A DNA stretch of 62,554 bases, the filler included, from Sphacelaria rigidula (taxonomy: Eukaryota), in NCBI GenBank assembly GCA_964200075.2. It is 7 parts of 7 records of this genome, joined end to end, with 100 filler letters (N's around TTAATTAATTAA, not from the genome) between each part and the next. Parts side by side here need not be neighbours in the genome. Positions count along the whole stretch, not along the records: positions 44,757 to 53,605 come from CAXNAA020009942.1; positions 53,706 to 62,554 come from CAXNAA020009943.1; 5 more parts are not named here. The stretch is one strand, 5' to 3'. The position numbers were made by a program, and so were the translations under genes. The notes below the pieces were generated by a model. The model was given only the letters and a program-made list of their open reading frames with translations, was not told the origin of the DNA and did not search any database. Positions 50,889 through 62,554 of this stretch are shown here, piece by piece (position 1 is the stretch's first letter; each line of letters starts with the position of its first letter).

Positions 50889-51312
50889 CACAGTGGATTA
50901 TCGAAAATGGGGTTGAAAAAAAATGAGGTTCAACTCAAAAGCCGTGCTTTCCCTGACCTAAATTCATGACAAATGACTTTCATACGGATCATCCCATCCC
51001 TCCCGACCTCCCTGAAATTATTTCGGGGGATTTATAGCCTTCCGTTCCGGCAAAGGGCATGTATGTGCGAAAACACATTTTTGCCTGGATTTCGAGGTGA
51101 AAAAAGGAGTTTTTTTGTCCCCAAAATCGTGCTTTCGCACTTACCCTTTGGGGGAACGGAAGGCTAGAAATCCCTTAAAATAGTTGTAGGGAGGTCGGGA
51201 GGGATGGGATGGTCCATATGAAGGTCATTTACCATGAATTTAGGTCAGGGAAAGAACGGCTTTTGAGTTGAACCTAATTTTTTTTCAACCCGATTTTCGA
51301 GAATCCACTGTT
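50889..51312. mobile_element. 424-bp foldback MITE with ~150-bp TIRs, CACAGTG terminus and probable TACT TSD
   Basis: tact|cacagtggattatcgaaaatggggttgaaaaaaa...ttttttttcaacccgattttcgagaatccactgtt|tact. Confidence 0.88.
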
Positions 51313-52124
51313 TACTCGTATTACTATGATAACAATGCTGATGCTGTGCCACTACCATTCTGTGAGCGTCACGTGTATACACATCGAGCGTCAGCTCGGC
51401 GACGCTTCTTGCTGGTGATTTTCCATGCCCTGACTATGTAGCAGATAGCGAACACCCTCGAATAGGCCCTTCGGTTGTTAGTCGACCGTGGTTGCTAAAC
51501 GATTTCGCGAGGAAGGTGGGAATCCTGCACTCTCAAAGATCTCGTGCATCCACGAAACATTCACCAGATCCTTCCGACGACAACCCCTCGCCTTCCTTTG
51601 TTATTATTTGAACATAATTCTGGGCGTCATGATGTTCGCAGCTTGGGGAAAAGTGAGATTGAAAAGAGACATCAGCCGCGGGAGGTGCTGCAGTATACGA
51701 TGCGTACGACCATACGAAGTATTATTATACGATGTTTCAGCTTTGGGTGTGCTCTCAATCAACCTCAGGGACGTACTGTAGTAGCATGAAACCAAATAAA
51801 TGTGTGAATCATTGACTTTTCGCTCGAGCCGAAGTGTGACTCCATTGATCCCCTCCCCCCCCCCCATGAGACAGTAATTTGGACCGCGGTCCTTTTCACT
51901 ACTTTTGTACCTATACGCACCATCCTGTGCTGGCGTTGCAATACACCTAAGAGGCTATGTGTGTTTGGACCGTTCCCGTGTGCTGCGATTTTCATAACAG
52001 CTCAACATCTGCCAGCGAGATCGTACATCTGTTGTTGGAAATCGGAAATGCTGCCTGCGCAAAGTCACTCCTCAGTAGCATGAAAGCAGATGACATCCCA
52101 AGATAAACTATACGAAGCACAGAG

Positions 52125-55100
52125 TCACATGCCGAGCATGCTCCCGTCCATCGATTTGACCTCTGCCACGTCCACTTCCTTTCTCGTTGTCGCAAGGTAT
52201 TCTATAGTGAAGTACGAGTACTGTCACTGTAGCTCTCAATCACTCCATATCTTTGAAACCTGCGACGTGCATAGATATGGTGTTGGATCCACTGTGCACT
52301 TTACCTTATTCCCCTGCCGCTCGCACTACCGTGCTTGTTATGAGCTCTCGTCGGGTATCACAAAAAGCAAAGCGGCGCAGCATTTGTTTGCACGTACGAG
52401 TACTGTGTAGACCAGAGCTTTATCGTACTGTACAGATGACGGTCGCGAAACCTCCTCCCCTGAACGACGAGTCGTGTCGGTTCGATTCAACCGCGAATTT
52501 TAATTGCGCCGCACTCCTATCTTTATGTTGAGTGTTATCACATGGTCACGAACAATCGAGGGAGAGACACACGGGAGAGGGGTGATGCCTGTGGTGGATT
52601 AGAATGTTTCTTACTCAGACCGGCGGATCAAACTCTCTCAGAGGTGGAAAGAAATGTTATGGCGCAAAAACAAAGGTAAGGTCCAACACCTATACGTCTG
52701 AAATGTAGCGTGTGCTGCATACTGTACTGTCCGAACGGTACTGCAGTATGGTACATAACATTGCAGTATACCGTACACAATACAGGGCAGCATATACAGT
52801 ACAGCACAGTTTTATCTGACAACAATCAGCTTGTGCGGACCCGTCACCGACAGATTTGGCCCCCACCACAATTTCAGGCGGGCAGCGTCAATCGTGTCTC
52901 AGGGGTATTGGATCCAAAGTAGAATTTTTTCCGGTTAACAACAAGCCTATCTGTTGGACACGTGTCAGTCGGACCTGCGTGACTCCTATAAGCTAGCTGA
53001 TAATCGCAGATAGATACCCCTTACTACGCTCCCTCCCGTCGGCTGGATGAGATACGCAGGGGCAGCAATACAGCCAATGCTAAGTCAGTCAGTGCTGGCG
53101 TCCTGGTGATTCGTTGCAACTCCTTCGCTGTTTTTTTTTCTTTGTGTCACACTTTGAACCCCTCCCCTTCCTCGGCATGAGCCCGTAGTCTCAAGGGATT
53201 AATCCATCTCTCCTTGGCACATACCTTGCATTTTGGTCTCGCGGTTTGGGTCAGCACTCTCACACCGCGTAAACCCTCGCCGAACGAACTCAACCAACTA
53301 ATTTTGATTACTCACTCTTTTGAAGGTGGAGATCAGATACTTCGAAGAAAAACCCCAACGCATCGAGAATCGAACTCACGTTCTCTCCACCCTACCGGTG
53401 GCAGTCAAACCATCAGACCACCGGGGTGCGGCGGGCTTGTTGGTATACTATTTTTGGGTGTCACCTTCGTGTGGGTTGGTGCACTCAAAAAATTAGGTCA
53501 GAGGAGGCCGCGGGGGTTGCGATCAAATGTCACTCGAAAACTGAGCGACTTTGAGTGATGCTACGGTAGGGGTACAGAAATAATTTCTGAGATTAGAATT
53601 GTTAGNNNNNNNNNNNNNNNNNNNNNNNNNNNNNNNNNNNNNNNNNNNNTTAATTAATTAANNNNNNNNNNNNNNNNNNNNNNNNNNNNNNNNNNNNNNN
53701 NNNNNCACCCTTTTCAGAACTGATGCTCTTCTTGTTGTGGAGTAATCGAGCTCTGAAATTCGGTCCAGGGGGTGTGCGATGACTCGCAAAAGTACGGTAC
53801 TTCACGTTTTTTTTAGTGGTTGGTAGACTCTGATGGTGTGCGTCACTCTACCCACTATCGGCCAGCCAGCGAAACGCGCTCTCATTCGTGAGCCCCAGGC
53901 TCCAAAGGGTTGGAGGCAATCCGATCTGCTCACTGCGTTTCGTTTGTTCCGGTTCGTGGGATACGAGGGGCTTTTTGACAAGTGAGATCCACACCGGCAT
54001 CAAAACGTGCCATGTATGATGATGGATAAAGACAAAAACTCTCGACGACGGTCTCACGCATGAAACATACCACCACTGGGTCGGTACGTCCATTCTCCAA
54101 CTGTTCGTTCATAGTCACGAGCTTCGAGACTTGAATTTCCGAGACTGGGTGCCAAATATCGTCTACCCCAGCACCGATCACAACGCCAACCCTAGCTCTA
54201 GCCGTAAGTGTCTTCGTAGCGCTTGCTTTCATGCGGAAATATTCACGACACTACTCGCTTATGGTGTCATGATATTTTCTTTTTATTACTTGCTTCCCCG
54301 GTCTCCTTTGCCAGACATGTATTTACACAACCTGATCCAACCTCAACCCCGAGTTTTGCCCCAAACCTGTTGCCGATTTTACTCACCGTTGGGCCCGAGA
54401 GACGTTCTGACTATCGCTGCCAGCTCCTTAGCCGCAGTGATATTTCGCAAAATCGCCTCGTCCACTCCTTCGTAAGAGCTGTGCCCGTCCTTTAGCATAC
54501 CTTGAAGCCCGGAGGCTAGATTCATCCCCATAGACTTCGCCATGATTTCCGATTTGCCTTAGATCGCAGCAGCTTTTGGTCCGTGACTACTAGGCCGGGG
54601 CTACAAAAATCGATGTCGTCCTTTGCCTTGAGCTCTACGGTGCACTTTCGAGCTGTAGAAAAGAAACGGATCAACGGCCACGGGTGAGTCAAATTAGGAT
54701 TCAGCGTTAGGTGGCGGAAGGAGGGTTGAGGGTGAAAAAGGTATCCTTTATTTTTTTCACACCCTGGACAATGGGCAACAACAGAAACGAGTGTACCGCG
54801 TAGAGTATAGAATCTATTGTCTAATTGGATGTTTCACTAAGATATTTGCAGCTATCCGTTCAGAGCCACCTGTTGGCAATTACTGAAGCTCTGCCATGTA
54901 CGCAGAAGAGTAACAGGACAATACGGGTGTCCGCGGGGAGGTAGTGCCACAGCAGTGTTGAACCTTGGTACGCATTCTGCCCGCGATGGAGCCAACGAGT
55001 GAAGGAAGACTCAGACCATGTGGCAGAACGGCAAGAGAGGAAAGCGATCGTGATCGTCTTGGAGGGGAACAGCATATTGCTTGCGCCTCAGAAGCGATCG

Positions 55101-58100
55101 CACGCACAGGACAAACGCATTGTATTCATGGCTACCAAAAACACTGCGGGAATATGCGCTCTTCAGTTTTTCCAGCTATTATACAGTCAGCGAGAAAAGG
55201 CGTGGGGGGTGTACAGAGTGGGGGTGTTATTGAACGACATCGACCGCAGTTCCCAGTGTTCCGCGCGGGGTCGGGGCGTCCATCCCGCGCGATTCAGAAT
55301 TTCCATGACGCGCTGGGGCTGCTGCCGATCCCACCCATAGCGCAAGCATGGTGCATGTATAATCCGTTTTTTACACAGATGCTCGTGTGTTCAAGAGACA
55401 AAAGCTGCAACGTATGGCACAAGAAACAGGTCACCGATCGCCTTCAAAAAATAATCCCTGTGACAGCTGCGCCCTTTTTTTTTTAGCAGGAGTAGGGGGA
55501 ATAGCGTGTGTTGAGATATTGATACAGTACTGAGCAATCCACGTACGGTTACGGTTCACACACACTTAGGATTGCATGTCGCTGTCGGAAGCGAACACAA
55601 TATTCTGGGCAAAAACAAGCACCACTACACATATAGTACACGGCCAGGTCTGCGGAGCAGCACAACAGCTGTGCGGACGTGCGCACAGACAGTACAACAA
55701 CTCAGCAGTCAAAAGTCAGTACACTGCCTCACTTTTGAAAATGTTGCACAACCGCCGTACACAGACAGTACAGTAGTACCGCACTGTTCAGCAGCACAAC
55801 ACCTAGCGAACGAAAAATACCGGCAGAGAACCGCCCCATGAACCCGATCCAGACGACATCATCCATGGACCATTGCTTTCTTCAAGACTATTGCCAAAAC
55901 ACGCTTGGTGCTCGGTAGCCATTCCTAGCCTATGCAAGTCCTTGTGAGACCAAGTGGCTTTCCTTACGAGTAGGCACCGGTCAAACCAGGCCCCCGCACA
56001 GCCGTAAAAGTACGACTAAACCGACAGTAGGGGGTCGAGGCAAACGTAGCGATGATGGAATACCACATCGAATAGAAGCGAAACACTTAGCAATTTCATA
56101 CCCACAGAATATCCAGATTGGAAAAACGCTTGTTCACCTGGAATGCAACGCAGCTGGCGGAGCACTGTCCGTGCAGGTGGTATCGCGGTTTTTCTCAGAG
56201 GGGTGGAGGATCCATCGCATACAGCTACGTCATTTTCTAAAATACTAGAGCATGACAAATGAGTACGCGAATCATACCATACCTACCCGCTTGAAACGTG
56301 ATAACCCCATACGACTGCATCCACTCGCACACCATACACAAGCCACGAGCAACAGAGTTTCACCCCGTGGAATTCGGAATTTGAACGCCGACCTGCTTGA
56401 GGACACTCTCACGGTGCAAAAAATGCTGGGCAGGGATGACCCTTATGTGGTGGCCGTACTGGTTGTACGTGTAGAATGAGACAGAGCGGCTGAACCTGCG
56501 ATGGACGAAAGTAGTGGTTCTATGTATAATAGTTCATTGGATGATTTTGATGAGGATCAAGGGAGTGTTCCCCACGGAGACCTCGTTCGCAACAAAAGGA
56601 GCAGACACACAGCTCGAGGAGCCCTCCGACCGCTCAGGATATCTATAAATTATAACATCGGGACCATTTTTCCACTTGAAAAATGGATGTTGGACGCACC
56701 CTGTGTCCCTGCTGCTTCTGTGTTGCCATAACATTCACCATCTCTGTAGGTCGTCCGACGGACATTTCAGAACAGTTATGGCCGGAAGTATGCATCGCCA
56801 AACGGTACTATGCGAATATCTTCCGAGGCGAGTAAATGTTGTATGGAGGAACCTACACTCGCTCCTTATGGTGATCAGTATTCTGTCTTGATTGTTTGCA
56901 ACGTGTCTCTCATACTACTGTCTGTCTGTACTACTGTTTCCGTACGACGCGCCAGCGGATCCAGCGGGGGAATCCCATGTAACCAACGGAAACTGAGCAT
57001 TCCATATCTAGTGTGAGGACAATTTGCCTGCAAAGTTTCTCCTCAATCTGGGTCAAACGTTGATCGACAGCTCTCTGCTGTATACACCACTAGGGCACTA
57101 TAGTGCTCTACGTTTTGCTGTGCTGTGCTGCAGAAGAAAAATACGTGCGCAGCACACATTGAAGCACGGCGCCAGACGATACAGTACTACATACATTGGA
57201 AGTACAGTGTAGTGAAGCACCGCCCGACCGCACCGCCGGGATCGTAGATAGTACGGCGCAAGTAGTGTCGTGTTCGACACATACCCCCGAGTGGTGCTAA
57301 TTCTACGGCAATCTACTGCTGTCCAAGTTTCATCTGCTCCTCAATATGCCCAAGCGCTACCAACAGGTATTTTTCACCGTACTGGATTGTACACAAGCAA
57401 CAACTACTGCAGTGCTGGTTGAGCATTCCTGTACACGACTTTTGAAAATACTAACGGTATATACCACCCCCTCAATGTTACGTTTTCAACGTCGATTTTC
57501 TCAAGAGTTACTCTATCGTACTGTCTGCCTGTGCTCTACCAATGGCAGCTACACTTCCATCATTGAAAAGCTCCCGTCGGAAGCTATATGCAGATGCGCT
57601 AACTTGGCAGGATAGATCCCAACCCTTTTAATGCGCAGCCTCGTCTCGGAACAGTATCACCCGCCAACAGTCCAGGAGTACCCAAGGGGTGTTTGTGCAG
57701 CGAGGGGAGGGACAGGTCCCCATACAATCCGAGGAAGCTTCTCAGATCAACCATGCGTCTTTCCAGGGAATATCTGAGTCAGGCAGAAGCCGTGACCGGG
57801 GTGGAAATGACCGTTTTGATTTAGGTGTTTTCATTGGTCGACATAACCGTAATGTACCCCTGCAATTTGCCCGCTATGGCGCACTTGGCGGTGAAGGGGC
57901 ACGGGCTGAGCCGGCTCTCGATCAAAAAGAGAGTTACCCTGTCCGATAGCGAGGTGTATAGATGTGTCGGAACCGCTGGAGATGCGGCACACAGACGACT
58001 TTGGGCATCCAAGTTTCGAACCAGATTGCATTTTTTCAGTTTTATGAACACGGCCAAAAACTTCATGGTATCGACGTCTACGTCCGATTTCACAGGTCAA

Positions 58101-58923
58101 TACGCTCGCTGATGACAGTAGCATTTCATCGGTACCCTTATCATGCATATCAGATCATCGCAGCTGAACCTACACTACACAGTATGGAGTTTTACGTTGA
58201 GCTGACCGGTGCCTTTTGACGCCCCTCGGAGGTTCCCCCTCAATCCAAAACGCCGAATATTTTGTCAGGTTCGTTGGACCAAAAAATATTTGTACGACTT
58301 GTATCGTCATTTAGCGTGGTTGCAACAGCGGTGATTGTCGTTCTCCACGTTTGCAAATCGAATTCGAATTACAGTATAGGACTTCTTCAATCGCACGACG
58401 TCATTTCAGGTTTTAATTCCAAGGCTAGTGTTCGTCTTTTCGGTATGCAACCTCAAAAAAATGCACAGAATATACTGGGGGGTTTTTTCGACGGAGAATA
58501 ATGTCATCGCAGCCATTATTCGTGATCGCGATCTCAATGCTCAATACGAAAGCGCTGCCCACACATCCATTACACAGGAATCTTCGAGATGTAGACACGC
58601 GGGAGATTCTGGGATGTAAGGGGGTCCCTAAGGACCGTAAAAGTGTGAGCGTTGGCCCTCGAGAAAAGGAGTGGGCCCCCCAATTTTCTCGCAGAAAAAC
58701 GAGTCTAAATTTAAAATTCGCAGCACCGTTTTTTAGTCAAACCCAGTGAACATCTATTGCAAGGCCAAAGCTCTGTACCATTGCCGGGATTATCCCGCTC
58801 AACAAGACATCATCGCTCATAAATCAAGTTCACATATGGCCTCTGGAGCCTATCGCCAGGGAGCGAAGCGCGTTCACCATAGCTGTGCACTGGGACCAAT
58901 ACACATCGGTTAATGTCAAGAGA
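52125..58923 (-). CDS. Multi-exon gene, weakly glycosyltransferase (GT8/GT-A)-like. Candidate exons 58834-58923, 57858-57938, 57682-57773, 56393-56458, 56102-56137 and terminal 52125-52201; model incomplete.
   Basis: Phase-compatible AG/GT-bounded exons give LLTLTDVYWSQCTAMVNALRSLAIGSRGHMVTLFLIES...GYSLERRMVDL...; YGHHIRVIPAQHFLHRESVLKQ|VNKRFSNLDILW; terminal YLATTRKEVDVAEVKSMDGSMLGM*. DxD motif not located. Confidence 0.45.
53165..53425 (-). mobile_element. tRNA-derived SINE (same family as 29192-29415)
   Basis: Minus strand ccccggtggtctgatggt...gagttcgattc head; 3' end gagatggattaatcccttgagac...gccgaggaagggg. Confidence 0.75.
53560..53605. mobile_element. Left end of a GCTACGGTAGGGG MITE, truncated by a gap
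   Basis: at|gctacggtaggggt, identical to the 9308 terminus. Confidence 0.6.
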
Positions 58924-60119
58924 CTGTCGTGTATTGTTGATGTGTAGTAGTACCCCAAGTTCGAAATGGGCACGGCCTACGTTGGATTTTTCTGGCGTAT
59001 ACTCTTTGACAGAACTGCAATTTGCTAGCGTCGATAGATTTTGGTATAATAAACAGATCGTCTTCCCACCCCAGTGCATAAATTAGTGCTAGTCGATGTT
59101 ATCGGGCGATACGAGTAGATACCCTGTTTATCAGAAGGGTGTTATTGACCGTGAAACACAGTTCTTCGGCTCTGGTGCAACAACTAGGTATATATATATA
59201 TATATATATATGTATATACATTTTTTTAAACTGCACATTTCTCCACAGATACAATCAGGACAGGCTCGATCGACCGCAAATACCGAAGAGTCAGAATGTG
59301 GGCTGAAAAGTGGCAGCTCCCCCGATGACCGGTCCGCCCGTAAGTCGTTCAATATTGAGTACTGTACTTGTACAGATGATTTTTTTTCTTGGAATCTGGA
59401 GCGGATACTAGTATCTTCAGGTCCCCCATGCGATGAGCGGTGGCAGTCGAAAGAACCTGAAAAAATCGCCAATTACAAAGAAATCACCAAAATTCCCTCG
59501 TTGAACTTGGAGTACTATACATCAGTTGCATCAATTTATTGTACCAATGTATTTGCTTCCTTGGATACTACCGCGTAGGAAGGAGAAATGGACACACGTG
59601 CCTGATGAGGGCCCATGACCTTTTTTTTCGTTGGAATACTGAGGGATAACTGTGATGGCTTCGCGATCACATGCCGGGCTCGAACCCCGACCTCATCACC
59701 AACCAAGAAAAGTGTGAACAAACTCGCCAAAATTAAGCGGACAACAAAGAGTCGCAAAAAAGGTGGGGGGAAAAAAAGAGGAAGAAGGGCTCCCAAAGAG
59801 CACGGACAAATCTTCTGCGGAAAATCGTTGCCTGAGCACCCCACCACATTCGCAAGAAGGAAGCATGTGTGAGAAAAAATTTGTAAGAATGTCCTCTGTA
59901 TCCTCCTCACCCGTAGCCGGAGTTTTCTTTTTCTTTTTCTTTTTTACAAACGTCTGTCTCGACACAAGAAACGCACGAAGAGACTCATGAAAGGGCCGGG
60001 GTGATGTAAATACTATTGTACCCCAAGTGTCTGTAGGGGACCCATAATACTGTCAGAGTTTGACAGCCCATCAATGGCTTATTATTATTATTATTGTCAC
60101 GTCTACATCGATTATAGCC

Positions 60120-60952
60120 GTGAAGGGGCAAGAAAGAGAGGTTAACGGCAGGCATAAGGACTGGATCCGTTGCCTAGCGGAAGACATGAAGGCGTTCGGT
60201 ATCGAATGGCAGGGGTGGACTACCAGAGCCTTGATTGCAGTAGAATGGCACAGCTGTGTTGAACAGGGAGCAGAAAGGTTTATGGCGGACTGGTGCCAAA
60301 AGGAGGACGCAGAGGCAGCGATACGGCACGCGAAAGCTGCAGGCCAAGATGCACCGACAGTACCAACAGCAACTCACCATAGCCCACGCCAGATACGCAG
60401 ATAATTGTATTTGGTCCCCATCTCTGCTTTGTTTATCTTTTGTTCCTGGTGGTTTCTTTTTTTTTGTTTGTTTTTGTTCCGTCTGTGCTCCCCCCCCCCG
60501 TACACTCCCCCCCGCCGCCGGAACGAGCCTGGCTCTGTTTTCTTGTCTATTGCATCCCTTTTTTTTTCACGTTCTATTATTTTATTTTTATCTTCTCTTC
60601 TTTCATTTTTCGTTCATTTTTTCTCATGTTTCTCCTTTTTGTTTCTGATTACTAGCTGGAGTGTTGAAATCAGCTACGTAATACGCGATCACCTTTTTTT
60701 GTTGTTGTTGTTCGTGCTTGTGTTTGTGTTTGTGTTTGTCGTTATTTTGTTGCTACTGCTGTTATTGCTGTTGTTCCTGTTGGTGGTGGTGGTGGTGGTG
60801 TTTTTTGTTGTTATCGCTGTCCCCCTTTCTTTCCGTTCTGAGGCCGTTGCTTCTGTCGTTTTCTGTTCTTTTTTCTTTTTCTTTTTTATTATTGTCTATT
60901 TTTGCTGCTCCTGACCACGGGCTGGATTGTTGCAACCAGCTAATGTGAGATG

Positions 60953-60983
<31 letters not shown>
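60120..60983 (+). mobile_element. 3' remnant of an RTE-like LINE with T-rich 3' UTR and (ATCA)n tail
   Basis: ORF segment GRHKDWIRCLAEDMKAFGI...W..RA....EWHSCVEQGAERF resembles the RTE-clade C-terminus; ends ...ctaatgtgagatg(atca)n. Confidence 0.7.
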
Positions 60984-60984
60984 C

Positions 60985-61330
60985 TCCCCTTTCTCGGGAC
61001 GAGTCTGTGATCTCAAGGGATCAGCCCATCTCTCCCTCGATACAGAACACGCCTTACATTTTGGTATCGCGGATTGGATCATGACCAATACCCCCGCACC
61101 GCGTCGACCGCCGTCTACGAAACCAAATCAGCCAAACAGACTCTCCTCGGTACTGACGTACATCCTCACGTCAAGAGAGCTGTCAAGCGACCGAAAACTC
61201 AGATACTTGTGAGGAAAGACGAAAAAAAAACGGACAAACTAGATCCATCTGGCGGGAATCAAACCATCTGGCGGGAATCGAATTGTATTTTCCGCCGCTG
61301 TTCCTGTAATTGTGCCGGTTGTACCAATAG
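60985..61330 (-). mobile_element. SINE copy, tail-to-tail with the RTE-like LINE
   Basis: 3' segment shared with 12662-12790 and 53165-53425; B-box-like ttcgattccc on the minus strand, with a local ccatctggcgggaatc duplication. Confidence 0.65.
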
Positions 61331-61742
61331 ATCAACGAGGCGCAACAGCATTGTATTTGCACATGTTATCGTCATTTCCGCGTGATTGCTGCATTGTAAT
61401 TGCCATTATCCAACTGCATTTTTACGCTGGGAGAGGCTGCTGCTCACGGCGGCGGCAGCTTGCCGCGTGCACGAGACCATAATTATGTTTCTTCTCTCCG
61501 GGGTATATATGACTGCATGCTTGTACATCAGCAAACACGACGCTGAACAAAACTTTTTTTGTGTACACAGTGTTGGCCGGTAGTAGACGTGGCGTGAAGC
61601 GTCATTCCGCCATGATTGATACATGGGGGGAGGAAGGGGCGCACGCGCGTTTTTTTCTTCTTCTTGTTCTTGCCCATGCGTCATTTTGGCCTATGTATGT
61701 CCGTCGTGTGCTGACGATGTCTTCGTGCATGCAATTCCCCAG

Positions 61743-61981
61743 ACTGAGAGCGTAAACGAAGACAACAATGGCCAGCAAGCGAAAAGGCGAGCGAAAAAGA
61801 AAACATCGGCAAAACCTCTACCTTCCGGCCCTGCTGGCACTACGCCCGCGGCCGAGGTTGCTGCTGAATCTCCGAGAGAAGGCCCGCGTAGTGTGCTACC
61901 CGGGTACGATAGCCTGGATAAACTGGTGTCTTCTCTGAGGACCTGCAAGAATATAGTAGTCGTCACCGGCGCGGGGATCAG
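61743..61981 (+). CDS. Internal exon of a Sir2-family (SIRT1/class I-like) NAD-dependent deacetylase; gene continues beyond the window
   Basis: cag|TESVNED...SLDKLVSSLRTCKNIVVVTGAGI(S) is the start of the sirtuin Rossmann fold; ctgac branch point at 61711; exon ends AG|gcaag. Confidence 0.8.
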
Positions 61982-62554
61982 GCAAGGGAGTATTGGACTT
62001 CCTGAAGTGGTGCTATACATATATAGAGTTTGGAACACCCTGTGATGATGGAAAGCATAGTCACTGTGTGGAGTATGACTGACTCCCGTGATTATTGTAT
62101 GGAGGCTTGTAAGCTTGTGTTTTGTGTGTTTGTTTGTTTGTTCCTCGGGTAGGCAAGGATTCGAGTGGAGGTAAGCCGCGAACTTTGGTGTTTGTGAACG
62201 CGAGTTGAGGCTTTGATCAGCGTTCAAAATCGATGAAGCATTAGTTTCCGCCCTACGTAACGAACTCTGACAAGTGTCTCGTGTCGATCCTTTCGAGGAA
62301 TGGTGCCTTCCACTCTCAAGGAACAGTGCAAGGTTGTGTTTTACAGGGTATACTCGGGAGTGGGAGATTTTCGGTTGGCATTCCAAGCCGTACCGATATG
62401 TCCGGTACACATTCCGGTATGGTCTAAACAGCAGGGTATCGATGTTTGGACACGTAGCCCCCCCCCCCCGGGCGGGCTGGTCCGGCGAGAACCCGGCGTG
62501 CTCCGTCCCGGCTTTGTAGGGGCGGGCCCCCGCTGGGGGTTGGGTCGGTTGGCG

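Noticed and set aside
60256-60948. Hydrophobic membrane-protein-like ORFs
   Set aside because: Translations of the T-rich and GTT-microsatellite 3' UTR of the RTE-like LINE.

Overview
Eukaryotic, intron-rich scaffold (~50% GC) with six N-gaps, each carrying a TTAATTAATTAA linker. The gene and repeat architecture suggests a brown alga or other stramenopile (inference). Genes reconstructed by hand from splice signals and reading phase: the 3' end of a leishmanolysin/M8-like peptidase (+), a long multi-exon gene of unknown function with Gly/Ser-rich and poly-Asn exons (+), a signal peptide plus ANF-receptor/Venus-flytrap-like exon (-), an isolated ZNF598/Hel2-like zinc-finger exon (-), a complete 3-exon 102-aa LC8-family dynein light chain (-), a weakly GT8-like multi-exon gene (-) and a sirtuin exon ending at a GC donor (+). 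Introns and intergenic DNA are full of mobile elements: a decayed Ty1/copia, LINE remnants, tRNA-derived SINEs and several MITE families. The most unusual signals are (i) retroposon families ending in ATGAGTA and repeatedly embedded in C/G tracts instead of carrying poly(A), (ii) a MITE containing TTAGGG telomeric repeats, (iii) tandem ~100-bp piggyBac-type MITEs joined by TTAA, (iv) a foldback MITE starting with CACAGTG, and (v) possible interleaving of the receptor gene with an antisense gene. No database searches were run; product calls rest on motif recognition.
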